From Sulfurimonadaceae bacterium (GTDB taxonomy: Bacteria > Campylobacterota > Campylobacteria > Campylobacterales > Sulfurimonadaceae): DNA of 24,799 nucleotides. Within the stretch, counting starts at the first letter, position 1; each line of letters starts with the position of its first letter. This document shows positions 16,501-24,799 of the stretch, in pieces. A program made the position numbers and the translations under genes. Where the stretch lies: contig JBFFUI010000034.1 in NCBI GenBank assembly GCA_041571435.1, forward strand, positions 1 to 24,799. Direction: 5' to 3'. A model generated the notes under the pieces. The model saw nothing but the letters and a program-made list of their open reading frames with translations. It ran no database searches and was not told the DNA's origin.

Positions 16501-17598
16501 CTAACTTCTGCTCTGTGCGATAAGAACGCCTTCGAGCATCTTGTCGATATCCCCATCCAAAATAGCAGTGACCTGTGAGTAGGCTTCATTAGAGCGGGTG
16601 TCTTTGACCTGCTGATAAGGCTGCATAACGTAGGAGCGAATCTGGTGGCCCCAGCCGATCTCGCTCTTTTCAACTCCATCGAGTTCGGCTTGTTTGAGCG
16701 CCATCTCATACTCATAGAGACGCGATTTCAACATCTTCATTGCGGCCGCCTTGTTCTTATGCTGGGAACGGTCGTTCTGACACTGTACGACAACGCCGGT
16801 CTCGATATGGGTGATACGGATAGCGGACTCAGTTTTGTTGACGTGCTGGCCGCCGGCACCGGAGGCCCGGTAGGTATCGATGCGGATATCTTTATCCTCT
16901 ATCGTGATGTCGATGTCATCGTCGATCTCCGGGGAGACCATCACCGAGGCAAACGAAGTGTGCCGCTTGGCATTGGAGTCAAAAGGGCTGATGCGCACCA
17001 GACGGTGGATACCGTTTTCGACCTTGAGATAACCGTAGGCATTCTCACCGCGGATGATGATAGTCGCATCTTTGATACCGGCTTCGTCGCCGGCCTGGTA
17101 GTCCATCTTCTCCACTTTAAAGTCATGGCGTTCCGCCCAACGGGTGTACATGCGCAGCAGCATCGATGCCCAGTCCTGGGACTCTGTACCGCCCGCACCC
17201 GGGTGGATGGATACGATGGCATTGTTGGCATCCTGCGGGCCGCTCAAAAGCATAGAGACCTCCATGCTTTTGACCTGTTCATCCAAACTCCCCGCTTCGG
17301 AGAAGAGCATCTCGATGGTCTCTTCGTCGCTCTCCTCCTGCCCCATTTCATAGAGCTCTTCTGCGTCGGTCAGAGCATTTAATGCGACGTTGAACTTCTC
17401 GAGTTTGCGCTCCAGTTGGGTCTTCTCTTTCTGAACGTTAGCCGCATTGGCAGCATCATTCCAAAAGCCGTCGGAGTTTTCCAGTGCTTCTATCTCGCTG
17501 AGCTTTTCTTTGATCTTCTCAGGCTGAACGACACCGGCGATGTTGTCCATTTTTATTTTCAATGTCTTCAGCAGTTCGCTGTATTCGTAATGGTCCAT
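16501..17598 (-). CDS. prfB: Peptide chain release factor 2
   Basis: SPF motif (RISPFDSN), GGQ ([15 protein letters not shown]), WGHQIRSYV; one uninterrupted 365-aa ORF. Confidence 0.98.
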   Translation of the reverse strand: MDHYEYSELLKTLKIKMDNIAGVVQPEKIKEKLSEIEALENSDGFWNDAANAANVQKEKTQLERKLEKFNVALNALTDAEELYEMGQEESDEETIEMLFSEAGSLDEQVKSMEVSMLLSGPQDANNAIVSIHPGAGGTESQDWASMLLRMYTRWAERHDFKVEKMDYQAGDEAGIKDATIIIRGENAYGYLKVENGIHRLVRISPFDSNAKRHTSFASVMVSPEIDDDIDITIEDKDIRIDTYRASGAGGQHVNKTESAIRITHIETGVVVQCQNDRSQHKNKAAAMKMLKSRLYEYEMALKQAELDGVEKSEIGWGHQIRSYVMQPYQQVKDTRSNEAYSQVTAILDGDIDKMLEGVLIAQSRS

Positions 17599-17698
17599 TG
17601 TAACTCCGTAAAATAGCGTGTATACCGTTCATTCTTGCGATGGCGAAGATCCAACAGTTAATTATTTCGATTAATGTATTTTTCTATAAAAAGCTTAG

Positions 17699-17716
17699 AT
17701 ATAATTGCGATTATAT
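17699..17716. promoter_or_regulatory. Palindrome carrying two opposed TATAAT boxes between divergent prfB and panC
   Basis: aTATAAT-tgcg-ATTATAt: TATAAT on + at 17700-17705 and on - at 17715-17710. Confidence 0.6.
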
Positions 17717-17734
17717 TCAATAAGGGCTTAAAAG

Positions 17735-18556
17735 ATGAGGGTTGTACATTCACCGCTTGAATTGCAAAAACTGTTAAAAGAAGAGCATGGAAGTATCGGT
17801 TTTGTGCCGACGATGGGCGCGCTGCATCTTGGGCATCGTAGATTGATCGAAGCGGCCCGAAATGCTAACCACATTGTCGTTGTCTCCATCTTTGTCAATC
17901 CTACACAATTCCTTGAAGGTGAAGACCTTGATGCCTATCCCCGTAAAGAAGAGGCTGACAAAAAGGTGTGCGAGCTCAGTGGGGTGGACTACCTTTTTTA
18001 TCCCACTGTAGACGCGATGTACGGCAGGGACGAAGTGAGTCTTAACGCCCCGAATGTCAGAGGTTATATCATGGAAGGGACCTCCCGTCCGGGCCATTTC
18101 TCAGGGGTACTGACTGTCGTCAACAAACTCTTTAACATCGTCAATCCGACACGTGCCTATTTCGGTAAAAAAGATGCCCAGCAGCTGATGCTGATAGAGA
18201 CGATGGTGGAGAACCTCTTTATGAACGTCGAGATCGTCCCGATGGACACAGTGCGTGAAAAAGACGGGCTGGCGATGAGCTCTAGAAATGCCTATTTGGA
18301 TGACGAAGAACGCCAAGAGGCACTGAAGATCGTCTCCTCTCTGCGCATAGCGACACAGACGGTGATGCGGGGTGAGTTGAACGTCGAGAAGATCAGAGTA
18401 GAGATGCTCGAGATCCTGGCACCGTTGGAGGTCGAGTATGTCACAATCGTCGACCGGGCATTTCAGCCGATCAATACGGTACAAATCGGTAACACCATCG
18501 TCCTGGTCGAAGCCATCAGCGGCAGGACAAGACTACTCGACAACATTTGGATCTGA
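17735..18556 (+). CDS. panC: Pantoate--beta-alanine ligase
   Basis: GFVPTMGALHLGH, SIFVNPTQF, RPGHFSGV, YFGKKDAQQ, REKDGLAMSSRN, RLLDNI. Confidence 0.98.
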   Translation: MRVVHSPLELQKLLKEEHGSIGFVPTMGALHLGHRRLIEAARNANHIVVVSIFVNPTQFLEGEDLDAYPRKEEADKKVCELSGVDYLFYPTVDAMYGRDEVSLNAPNVRGYIMEGTSRPGHFSGVLTVVNKLFNIVNPTRAYFGKKDAQQLMLIETMVENLFMNVEIVPMDTVREKDGLAMSSRNAYLDDEERQEALKIVSSLRIATQTVMRGELNVEKIRVEMLEILAPLEVEYVTIVDRAFQPINTVQIGNTIVLVEAISGRTRLLDNIWI

Positions 18557-18597
18557 TGAAAAAAGGTTTTTTCACACCGCGCTTATAAAATATTTGA

Positions 18598-20355
18598 TCA
18601 CTCTACCATCGGTTTGAGAAGACCCTCTTCGATCATCAGTTCAACCGTCTTTCTAAACACAGGCGCGGCGCTCTGTGCGGCAAAACGGTAGGCAATCTTT
18701 GGGCGCACGACCGTGACGCCGATGGTGTAGTTACTCTTCTCGTCATCGGCAAAACCGATAAACGAGGTGTTGTACTTCTGCTGATAACGTCCACGTTCGG
18801 AGATCTGTGCCGTCCCTGTTTTGCCACCGATTAGGATCCCTTCAACCAAGGCTTTCTGCCCCGTTCCTTCAACAGCGGTTTTGATAAGGATGCGTTTGAT
18901 ACGTTCGGCAATCTCGGGAGTGAGTAATTGAACGGCCTCACCACTATCCACTGGAAACCTGCGGCCGTTTTGGGCGATCAGCTCCTCTGTCAGACGTGGT
19001 GTCACCATGCGACCGTGGTTGTTAAAGACGTTATAGGCCTTGAGGAGTTGAACAAGGTTGGCGCGCATGGCGTAGCCGTAAGAGGCACTGGCTTTGTAGG
19101 TCTCTGAATCAAGTTGACGCATGCTAGGGATCTTCCCTTTGTACTCATTGGTCAGATCGATCCCGGAGGCTTGGGTAAAGCCGAAGTCGATCAGACCCTG
19201 GTAATAGTCATTGGCCCTCAGGCGCTGTGCCAATTGCGCGATCCCGATATTGGAAGAGTGGACGATGACGTTTTCCGCGCTTAGATAGTCCTCTTTATGC
19301 TCATCCGTGATCCACCGTTTTCCGATCTTGAATCGTCCGTTATGGACGTTAACGACTTCATAGGGATTGACCTGTTGATGCTTCATCAACAAGGCAAAGA
19401 CGATCGGTTTCAACACAGAACCCGGCTCAAAGCTGTATTCGACGGCATGCACCTGCAGTGAAGCGATGTCTTCTTGCCTGATATCTTTGGGTTTAAAGCG
19501 GTTGGAAGAGGCCAGGGTCAGTATCTTTCCGCTCTCTGCCTCCATAATGGTGACCATGATCTGACGTGCGCCCATCTTCTCTTTCATGTTGTCACACATC
19601 CGTTCAACACGTGACTGCAGTGTGACCGGGATCGTCAATTTGACATCCATACCGTTCTCGGCATATTCGGTCTTGCTCTCTTTGTTGAGTATCATGTATC
19701 CGTTGACATCACGAAGACCGCGTTGAAGACCATTTTTCTGGGGGTTGAGTTCGTCATTGTAATTGCGTTCGATCCCTTTCATCCCGCGAGAGCGTGTGTA
19801 GCCATGATCTTCATGCTTTTTGGGATAACCGATGACCGGCGTCAGCAGATCACCATAGGGGTAGATACGCGCTTCACCGCTTTCAACGACATCCAGTCCC
19901 TGCAGAATATGGCGGCCGCTGGCTGTCTTATACTCTCTAAAGACATTGAGACGGCGCAGCTCGTAAGCCAGGGTCTTAAGGTACTGGGCATGCTGTTCGG
20001 AGACATTGTAGCTCAGGGTCACCGTCCCTTTTTTTCGCAGCTTTTTTCGGATGGTCTTTACGGGGATATCGCTGTATATGGAGAAGAGCTCTATAAAGAG
20101 CTCTGTTTTGTCCGGATCAAGGTTTTTGGTATTGATCATTGCTTTGTAGACTTTTTTAGTGATAGCGAGATGGAAACCGTCTGCACTGATAATACTGCCG
20201 CGTTCCGCATTGGTAGCGTCAGAGGTAAAAAGGGAGGGGAGATGTCTCGGCTTGACGGCGGTGTAGAACATGGTACTCAAAAAGATCAAAAAACCGATGA
20301 CAATAAAGATAAAAAGCAGCAGGACTTTAGAAGCTTTGTTATTGTCATCAACCAT
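18598..20355 (-). CDS. ftsI: Class B penicillin-binding protein (FtsI/PBP3-like D,D-transpeptidase)
   Basis: N-terminal TM anchor, RGSIISADG, RIYPYG, EPGSVLKP (SxxK), SSN (SxN), GKTGTAQ (KTG); near ftsW-murG. Confidence 0.88.
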   Translation of the reverse strand: MVDDNNKASKVLLLFIFIVIGFLIFLSTMFYTAVKPRHLPSLFTSDATNAERGSIISADGFHLAITKKVYKAMINTKNLDPDKTELFIELFSIYSDIPVKTIRKKLRKKGTVTLSYNVSEQHAQYLKTLAYELRRLNVFREYKTASGRHILQGLDVVESGEARIYPYGDLLTPVIGYPKKHEDHGYTRSRGMKGIERNYNDELNPQKNGLQRGLRDVNGYMILNKESKTEYAENGMDVKLTIPVTLQSRVERMCDNMKEKMGARQIMVTIMEAESGKILTLASSNRFKPKDIRQEDIASLQVHAVEYSFEPGSVLKPIVFALLMKHQQVNPYEVVNVHNGRFKIGKRWITDEHKEDYLSAENVIVHSSNIGIAQLAQRLRANDYYQGLIDFGFTQASGIDLTNEYKGKIPSMRQLDSETYKASASYGYAMRANLVQLLKAYNVFNNHGRMVTPRLTEELIAQNGRRFPVDSGEAVQLLTPEIAERIKRILIKTAVEGTGQKALVEGILIGGKTGTAQISERGRYQQKYNTSFIGFADDEKSNYTIGVTVVRPKIAYRFAAQSAAPVFRKTVELMIEEGLLKPMVE

Positions 20356-20401
20356 ATCGGCAACACCTCTTTTTCAGATGCAAAAATATATCGAGAATAT
20401 C

Positions 20402-20441
20402 ATTATAAAGGTGTTAAGTGTTTGTGGCTTTATGTTATAGT
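20402..20441. promoter_or_regulatory. Divergent -10 boxes for ftsI (-) and the exported hypothetical (+)
   Basis: TATAAT on - at 20407-20402; TGtTATAGT on + at 20433-20441. Confidence 0.45.
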
Positions 20442-20467
20442 TTGAATATAAAACCTGAGGGATGTAG

Positions 20468-21298
20468 ATGCAGTTATTACTAAGCCTTTTTCTGTTGCCC
20501 ATACTGCTCTTTGGTGTTGAACTGGAGCTGGACAAAAACTACAGCGGCCCGAAAAAACTGACGGTCATGCAATTGGGTGTCAGCATGGGACTGCCGCACC
20601 AATGGGAAGCGGTCGCAAAAAAAAGCAAAGGGCTGTTGCTTTTTCAGCAGGCGACAAAAGATACAATGCGCCTGCGTGCAAAACGTATGAATGCTTCAGA
20701 AGCGATAACCTATCTCAATAAACCGCACTATCTGAACGAGAGTACCAAACTTTTCCCCCAAGGACGTATTGTCAAAATCGGTATGCATATCTACAGCCGG
20801 TCCTATGCGACGGCAGGCGGTCAGGATAACAGGGCACACCTGGTCTATGTCGTTTTGGGACCGCAGGAGAGAGCGGTAGTGATGAATGTCCGGTATGATA
20901 AGGCGAATGACAGTGCGGTAAAGGCGACTGCGATGAACATTGTTCAGACCCTTACTTTTACACCGACGAAACAGCTGCAAAATGCCCTTCAGGACTTGGA
21001 GATGCGTTTAAGCGGTGCCCACTTTGCCTATATGCAACGTGATGGTGCCTATGAGGAGAAACGTGAGCTTTGGCTCTGTTCCAACGGACGTTACCTGCTT
21101 CATGAAGACCGAACAGTGGCAGGTGGGCTTTCACGTGTGAAAGAGCAGAAGCTGGGGCAGTGGTCTGTTGAAGATGAGACACTGATACTTCAAGGCGATG
21201 ACGGGTTTGACCGGCTGATCAACATCAAACGTCAGGACAATGCACTGTTCTTTGACGGTCAACGCAGTTATGAACTTAAAAATTCGCAATGCAAATAG
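20468..21298 (+). CDS. Exported hypothetical protein, probably two beta-rich domains
   Basis: 276-aa ORF; signal peptide MQLLLSLFLLPILLFG; SD gaggg; no family recognised with confidence. Confidence 0.8.
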   Translation: MQLLLSLFLLPILLFGVELELDKNYSGPKKLTVMQLGVSMGLPHQWEAVAKKSKGLLLFQQATKDTMRLRAKRMNASEAITYLNKPHYLNESTKLFPQGRIVKIGMHIYSRSYATAGGQDNRAHLVYVVLGPQERAVVMNVRYDKANDSAVKATAMNIVQTLTFTPTKQLQNALQDLEMRLSGAHFAYMQRDGAYEEKRELWLCSNGRYLLHEDRTVAGGLSRVKEQKLGQWSVEDETLILQGDDGFDRLINIKRQDNALFFDGQRSYELKNSQCK

Positions 21299-21381
21299 AG
21301 GGTGGGACACGCTTGGACATCTCGCTCAACTTTAAACCCAAAACGCTAAAATGTCACTACATATTCGCATAGTGGAACATC

Positions 21382-22554
21382 ATGGCTGATCGACAACTCT
21401 TTATCTTGACTGTAGTGCTTATCGGCATCAGTATTATTTTTTCGTACTCACTTTCAAGCTATATCGTCGTACTCTTCGGCTACAGTGATTTCCATTTTGT
21501 GATTCGCCAGTCCGCTTTCGGGCTGCTCTCCATCCTGATTATGTGGACGCTTTCACAACTTGACCCTGACGTCTGGTTAAAACGTCTTGGACTCACCCTT
21601 TTTGCAGGCAGCTTTTTGCTGATGCTTGCCATGCCGTTCATGCCTGCGAGTATCGTGAGTGAAGTGGGCGGTGCAAAACGGTGGATCAAAGTGGCCGGTT
21701 TTTCTTTGGCACCGGTCGAGTTTTTCAAGGTGGGGTTTGTCTATTTCCTTGCCTGGAGTTTTTCACGAAAACTTGGTCACCATGGCGGTATGGGACTGAA
21801 ACAGGAATATCTGCGGATAGCCCCTTATCTGATCTTTTTTGTGTTTGTGATGGCGCTCATCGCAGTGATGCAAAAAGACCTTGGACAGGTTGTCGTCTTA
21901 AGCATGGCGCTTCTTTTTATGTTGATCTTTGCGGGAAGCAGCGGTAAGGTATTTATAACGCTGATGGGTACGGCGCTCTTCTTTTTTCTGATCTTCATCT
22001 TTACTGCGGAGCACCGGATTGCCAGGATCAAGTCATGGTGGTCACTTGCCCAGACACAGCTGGAACCTTTTCTGCCCAGCTGGCTGCTTAGCAAATTGCA
22101 TGTCGAGAGCTACTCCGAGCCTTACCAGATCTCACATTCACTCAATGCGATCAACAACGGCGGTATTTTCGGCTCAGGTCTAGCCAACGGTACCTTTAAA
22201 CTCGGTTTCCTGTCAGAGGTCCATACGGATTTCGTCTTGGCCGGAATTGCTGAGGAGTTCGGCTTTATCGGAGTCATGCTGGTAACGATGATCTTTCTGG
22301 CCATCCTGCATCGAATTTTCAAGATCGCCAATCGTAGCCAGGATGAAAAGAGTTATCTTTTCAGTATCGGTATCGGTCTTATTATCGCCTTTACCTTTTT
22401 GATCAACGCTTTCGGTATCAGCGGTATCACGCCGATCAAGGGTATTTCGGTACCGTTTTTGAGTTACGGCGGTTCGGCAATGATCGCAGCCTCAATCGGC
22501 GTCGGAATGGTCTTGATGGCATCGCGAAAAGTCAAGTTAAACAGTCAGGAATAA
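21382..22554 (+). CDS. ftsW: SEDS-family peptidoglycan polymerase FtsW
   Basis: Polytopic; GGAKRWI, PVEFFK, QKDLGQ, FLSEVHTDFVLAGIAEEFG, PIKGISVPFLSYGGS; directly upstream of murG. Confidence 0.93.
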   Translation: MADRQLFILTVVLIGISIIFSYSLSSYIVVLFGYSDFHFVIRQSAFGLLSILIMWTLSQLDPDVWLKRLGLTLFAGSFLLMLAMPFMPASIVSEVGGAKRWIKVAGFSLAPVEFFKVGFVYFLAWSFSRKLGHHGGMGLKQEYLRIAPYLIFFVFVMALIAVMQKDLGQVVVLSMALLFMLIFAGSSGKVFITLMGTALFFFLIFIFTAEHRIARIKSWWSLAQTQLEPFLPSWLLSKLHVESYSEPYQISHSLNAINNGGIFGSGLANGTFKLGFLSEVHTDFVLAGIAEEFGFIGVMLVTMIFLAILHRIFKIANRSQDEKSYLFSIGIGLIIAFTFLINAFGISGITPIKGISVPFLSYGGSAMIAASIGVGMVLMASRKVKLNSQE

Positions 22555-22555
22555 G

Positions 22556-23581
22556 ATGAGAGTAGCAATCACAGGCGGCGGTACCGGCGGACACCTCGCA
22601 ATAGCGGCAGCACTTCTGGAAGCCGTGAAAGAGCGGGGACATGACGCGATCTATATCGGTTCTTCCTCAGGTCAGGACCAGACGTGGTTCAAAGATGAGG
22701 TCCGTTTTGAACAGCGCCACTTTCTTGACACCAGCGGGGTGGTCAACCGAAAATATCTCGGCAAGTTGTGGGCGCTGATCAAGATCTTTCGTGCAGTCCT
22801 TACGTCGCGAAAGATCTTGGCAAGGGAGAAGATCGATGCCGTCATATCCGTTGGCGGTTATTCTGCAGCGGCAGCTACCTTTGCATCCTATACGAAGCAG
22901 ATTCCCTTTTTTATTCATGAACAGAATGCGGTCATGGGCCGTCTGAACACGATGATGAAACCTTACGCCCGTGCTTTTTACAGCTCTTATGATGCGCACT
23001 CTGCGGTTACAGACTATCCGGTGAGGGACGTTTTCTTTACCACGGCCCATCTCAGAAAAAAGATCAGGACAATCGTCTTTTTAGGGGGATCGCAGGGAGC
23101 ACAGTTTATCAACAACCTTGCCTTGGAGACAGCAGCGGTCTGTGTAGCCAAAGGCATTAAGGTGATCCATCAATGTGGCGAACGTGATTTTAAGCGTGTG
23201 CAGAAAGCGTACGAGGATCAGAAACTGGATGTTGAACTCTACAGTTTTACCAAAGAACTTCCTGCACTGATCGAACGTGCCGATCTTGCGGTCAGCCGGG
23301 CGGGTGCCAGCACACTTTGGGAACTTACGGCAAACGGGTTGCCGGCACTATTTGTACCCTACCCGTATGCGGCAGGTGATCATCAATTTTACAACGCCCG
23401 TTATCTTGCCGATAAAGGATTGGCCTGGTCACAGCGCGAGAGTGCGTCCTACTCGCGCAATCTGATCAGTATTCTGGATAGTGATCTTGAAGAGAAGAGC
23501 CGCGGTTTGATGGAACTTAGCCGTAAAGGCGGTGCCGAAGCGATAATAGAGAACATAGAGGAGAATTTAGATGTTAGCTGA
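22556..23581 (+). CDS. murG: Lipid I GlcNAc transferase MurG
   Basis: TGGGTGGH, HEQNA, GGSQGA, SRAGASTLWE, PYPYAAGDHQFYNA. Confidence 0.97.
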   Translation: MRVAITGGGTGGHLAIAAALLEAVKERGHDAIYIGSSSGQDQTWFKDEVRFEQRHFLDTSGVVNRKYLGKLWALIKIFRAVLTSRKILAREKIDAVISVGGYSAAAATFASYTKQIPFFIHEQNAVMGRLNTMMKPYARAFYSSYDAHSAVTDYPVRDVFFTTAHLRKKIRTIVFLGGSQGAQFINNLALETAAVCVAKGIKVIHQCGERDFKRVQKAYEDQKLDVELYSFTKELPALIERADLAVSRAGASTLWELTANGLPALFVPYPYAAGDHQFYNARYLADKGLAWSQRESASYSRNLISILDSDLEEKSRGLMELSRKGGAEAIIENIEENLDVS

Positions 23582-24182
23582 TCTTGTACAGTGGCTTGTC
23601 CAGAATATATTAGACATGGGGTATATGGGGATTTTTCTTCTCATGATGGTAGAGAGCTCTTTTATACCTTTCCCGAGCGAGGTGGTCCTGGTCCCGGCAG
23701 GGTACCTGGCACAGCAGGGGAAAATGGATATCACACTTATCTTTATTGCCTCACTGCTCGGTTCTCTGGCCGGTGCCTTTATCAATTATCTGGGCGCTTT
23801 ATTGATCGGACGTCAACTTTTGATGCGTTTTGGAAAATATATCTTTATCTCAAACAGTTCGATGGAGAAGATGGAGAGATTCTTTGAAAAACACGGTCCC
23901 ATCTCAACCTTTACCGGCCGTCTGATTCCGGGTATCCGTCAACTTATTTCAATCCCGGCCGGCCTTTCCAAAATGGCGCTGCTTCCTTTTACCTTCTATA
24001 CGGCTCTGGGCGCAGGTATCTGGAGCATGGTCCTGATCATACTCGGATACATATTGGGCGAGCAAAAAGAGTTGATAACGATGTACCTGCACCAGATCAC
24101 ATTAGCTATCCTCGGGGCATTGGTGCTTCTGGTCTTTTTGTACATCAGACGGTTAAAAACAATAAACAATACAGACAGGTAG
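23571..24182 (+). CDS. DedA family membrane protein
   Basis: ESSFIPFPSEVVLVPAG, FFEKHG, GRLIPGIRQLISIPAG; overlaps murG by 11 nt; SD gaggag inside murG. Confidence 0.93.
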   Translation: MLADLVQWLVQNILDMGYMGIFLLMMVESSFIPFPSEVVLVPAGYLAQQGKMDITLIFIASLLGSLAGAFINYLGALLIGRQLLMRFGKYIFISNSSMEKMERFFEKHGPISTFTGRLIPGIRQLISIPAGLSKMALLPFTFYTALGAGIWSMVLIILGYILGEQKELITMYLHQITLAILGALVLLVFLYIRRLKTINNTDR

Positions 24183-24246
24183 ACTTTAGCTTTTTTTCAT
24201 CTTTAAACTCCTATACTACGCAAAGAAAGACATATAAGGAATCATA

Positions 24247-24591
24247 ATGAAAGAGACGATTCAGAACATTAAAAAGCAGTTTCAGGGTATCGAAGCTATG
24301 GTCAATACACAAAGCTATGGCGCACAACTGAAAAACCCAACGTTTATTGATGATCTTTGCAGTGCTGTAGAAGAGGCATATGTAAGTTTGAACGACGGTA
24401 TGTGCGAAGAGATCAAGGCCTGCAGCACCTGCAGTTATCAGCGAAACTACCTACGTAATATGATCGGTATTTTAAATGAGATCGAAGAGGGACAGGAGCT
24501 GTCAAGCACGGTAAAACGTGAACTTTTCACCTTTCCCGAGAAGATCAAAGAGGTATTGGTACGTATCGAACAGGTCTTGAAAGAGCTCTAA
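24247..24591 (+). CDS. Small helical hypothetical protein with four Cys (C38, C53, C59, C62)
   Basis: 114-aa ORF, SD aagga, candidate -10 TATACT at 24212-24217. Confidence 0.75.
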   Translation: MKETIQNIKKQFQGIEAMVNTQSYGAQLKNPTFIDDLCSAVEEAYVSLNDGMCEEIKACSTCSYQRNYLRNMIGILNEIEEGQELSSTVKRELFTFPEKIKEVLVRIEQVLKEL

Positions 24592-24708
24592 AAGGGCTTA
24601 GTGTTACTTAATTGCCTTAAGTGAACAGTTTGAGTAATAGAATTTTAGCCCTAATACAGCATCTAAGAGTTATACTTTCGGCAAATAATTAATAATCAAG
24701 GAGACCTT

Positions 24709-24799
24709 ATGCCACAGATTCCAGGCGGGTTTGAACTTATTTTAATTCTTGCAGTTGTACTGCTTCTTTTTGGCGGTAAAAAGATCCCACAGCTTGCAA
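24709..24799 (+). CDS. tatA: Twin-arginine translocase TatA/E (5' part only, truncated by the window end)
   Basis: Manual translation MPQIPGGFELILILAVVLLLFGGKKIPQLA with the FG..K.P.LA hinge; SD aaggag; candidate -10 TATACT at 24671-24676. Confidence 0.9.
   Translation, partial: MPQIPGGFELILILAVVLLLFGGKKIPQLA

Noticed and set aside
16645..17382. 245-aa + strand ORF antisense to prfB
   Set aside because: Entirely within a conserved gene on the opposite strand; no recognisable motifs; typical antisense shadow.
19723..20445. 240-aa + strand ORF antisense to ftsI
   Set aside because: Shadow of ftsI; no SD or domain evidence.

Overview
Core-genome window from a Campylobacterota (epsilonproteobacterial) bacterium, probably Sulfurimonas/Sulfuricurvum-like; the taxonomy is inferred from gene order and protein style. 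The left part is the transcription/translation cluster rplJ-rplL-rpoB-rpoC-[exported Sud-like rhodanese]-rpsL-rpsG-fusA. It is preceded by two stacked, degenerate 3' remnants of an HTH-ending gene (probably a transposase) where rplA is normally found. The right part has an exported hypothetical, ate/bpt, prfB (no frameshift), panC, ftsI, a second exported hypothetical, ftsW-murG-dedA, a small Cys-motif hypothetical and the start of tatA. I found no rRNA, tRNA, CRISPR array or intact mobile element, and no clearly novel multi-gene system. The best leads are the tandem HTH remnants, a heptamer-periodic hairpin between rpsG and fusA, an L10-leader-like RNA with an anti-SD, the tightly coupled ftsW-murG-dedA unit, the inserted rhodanese and a symmetric bidirectional -10 element.
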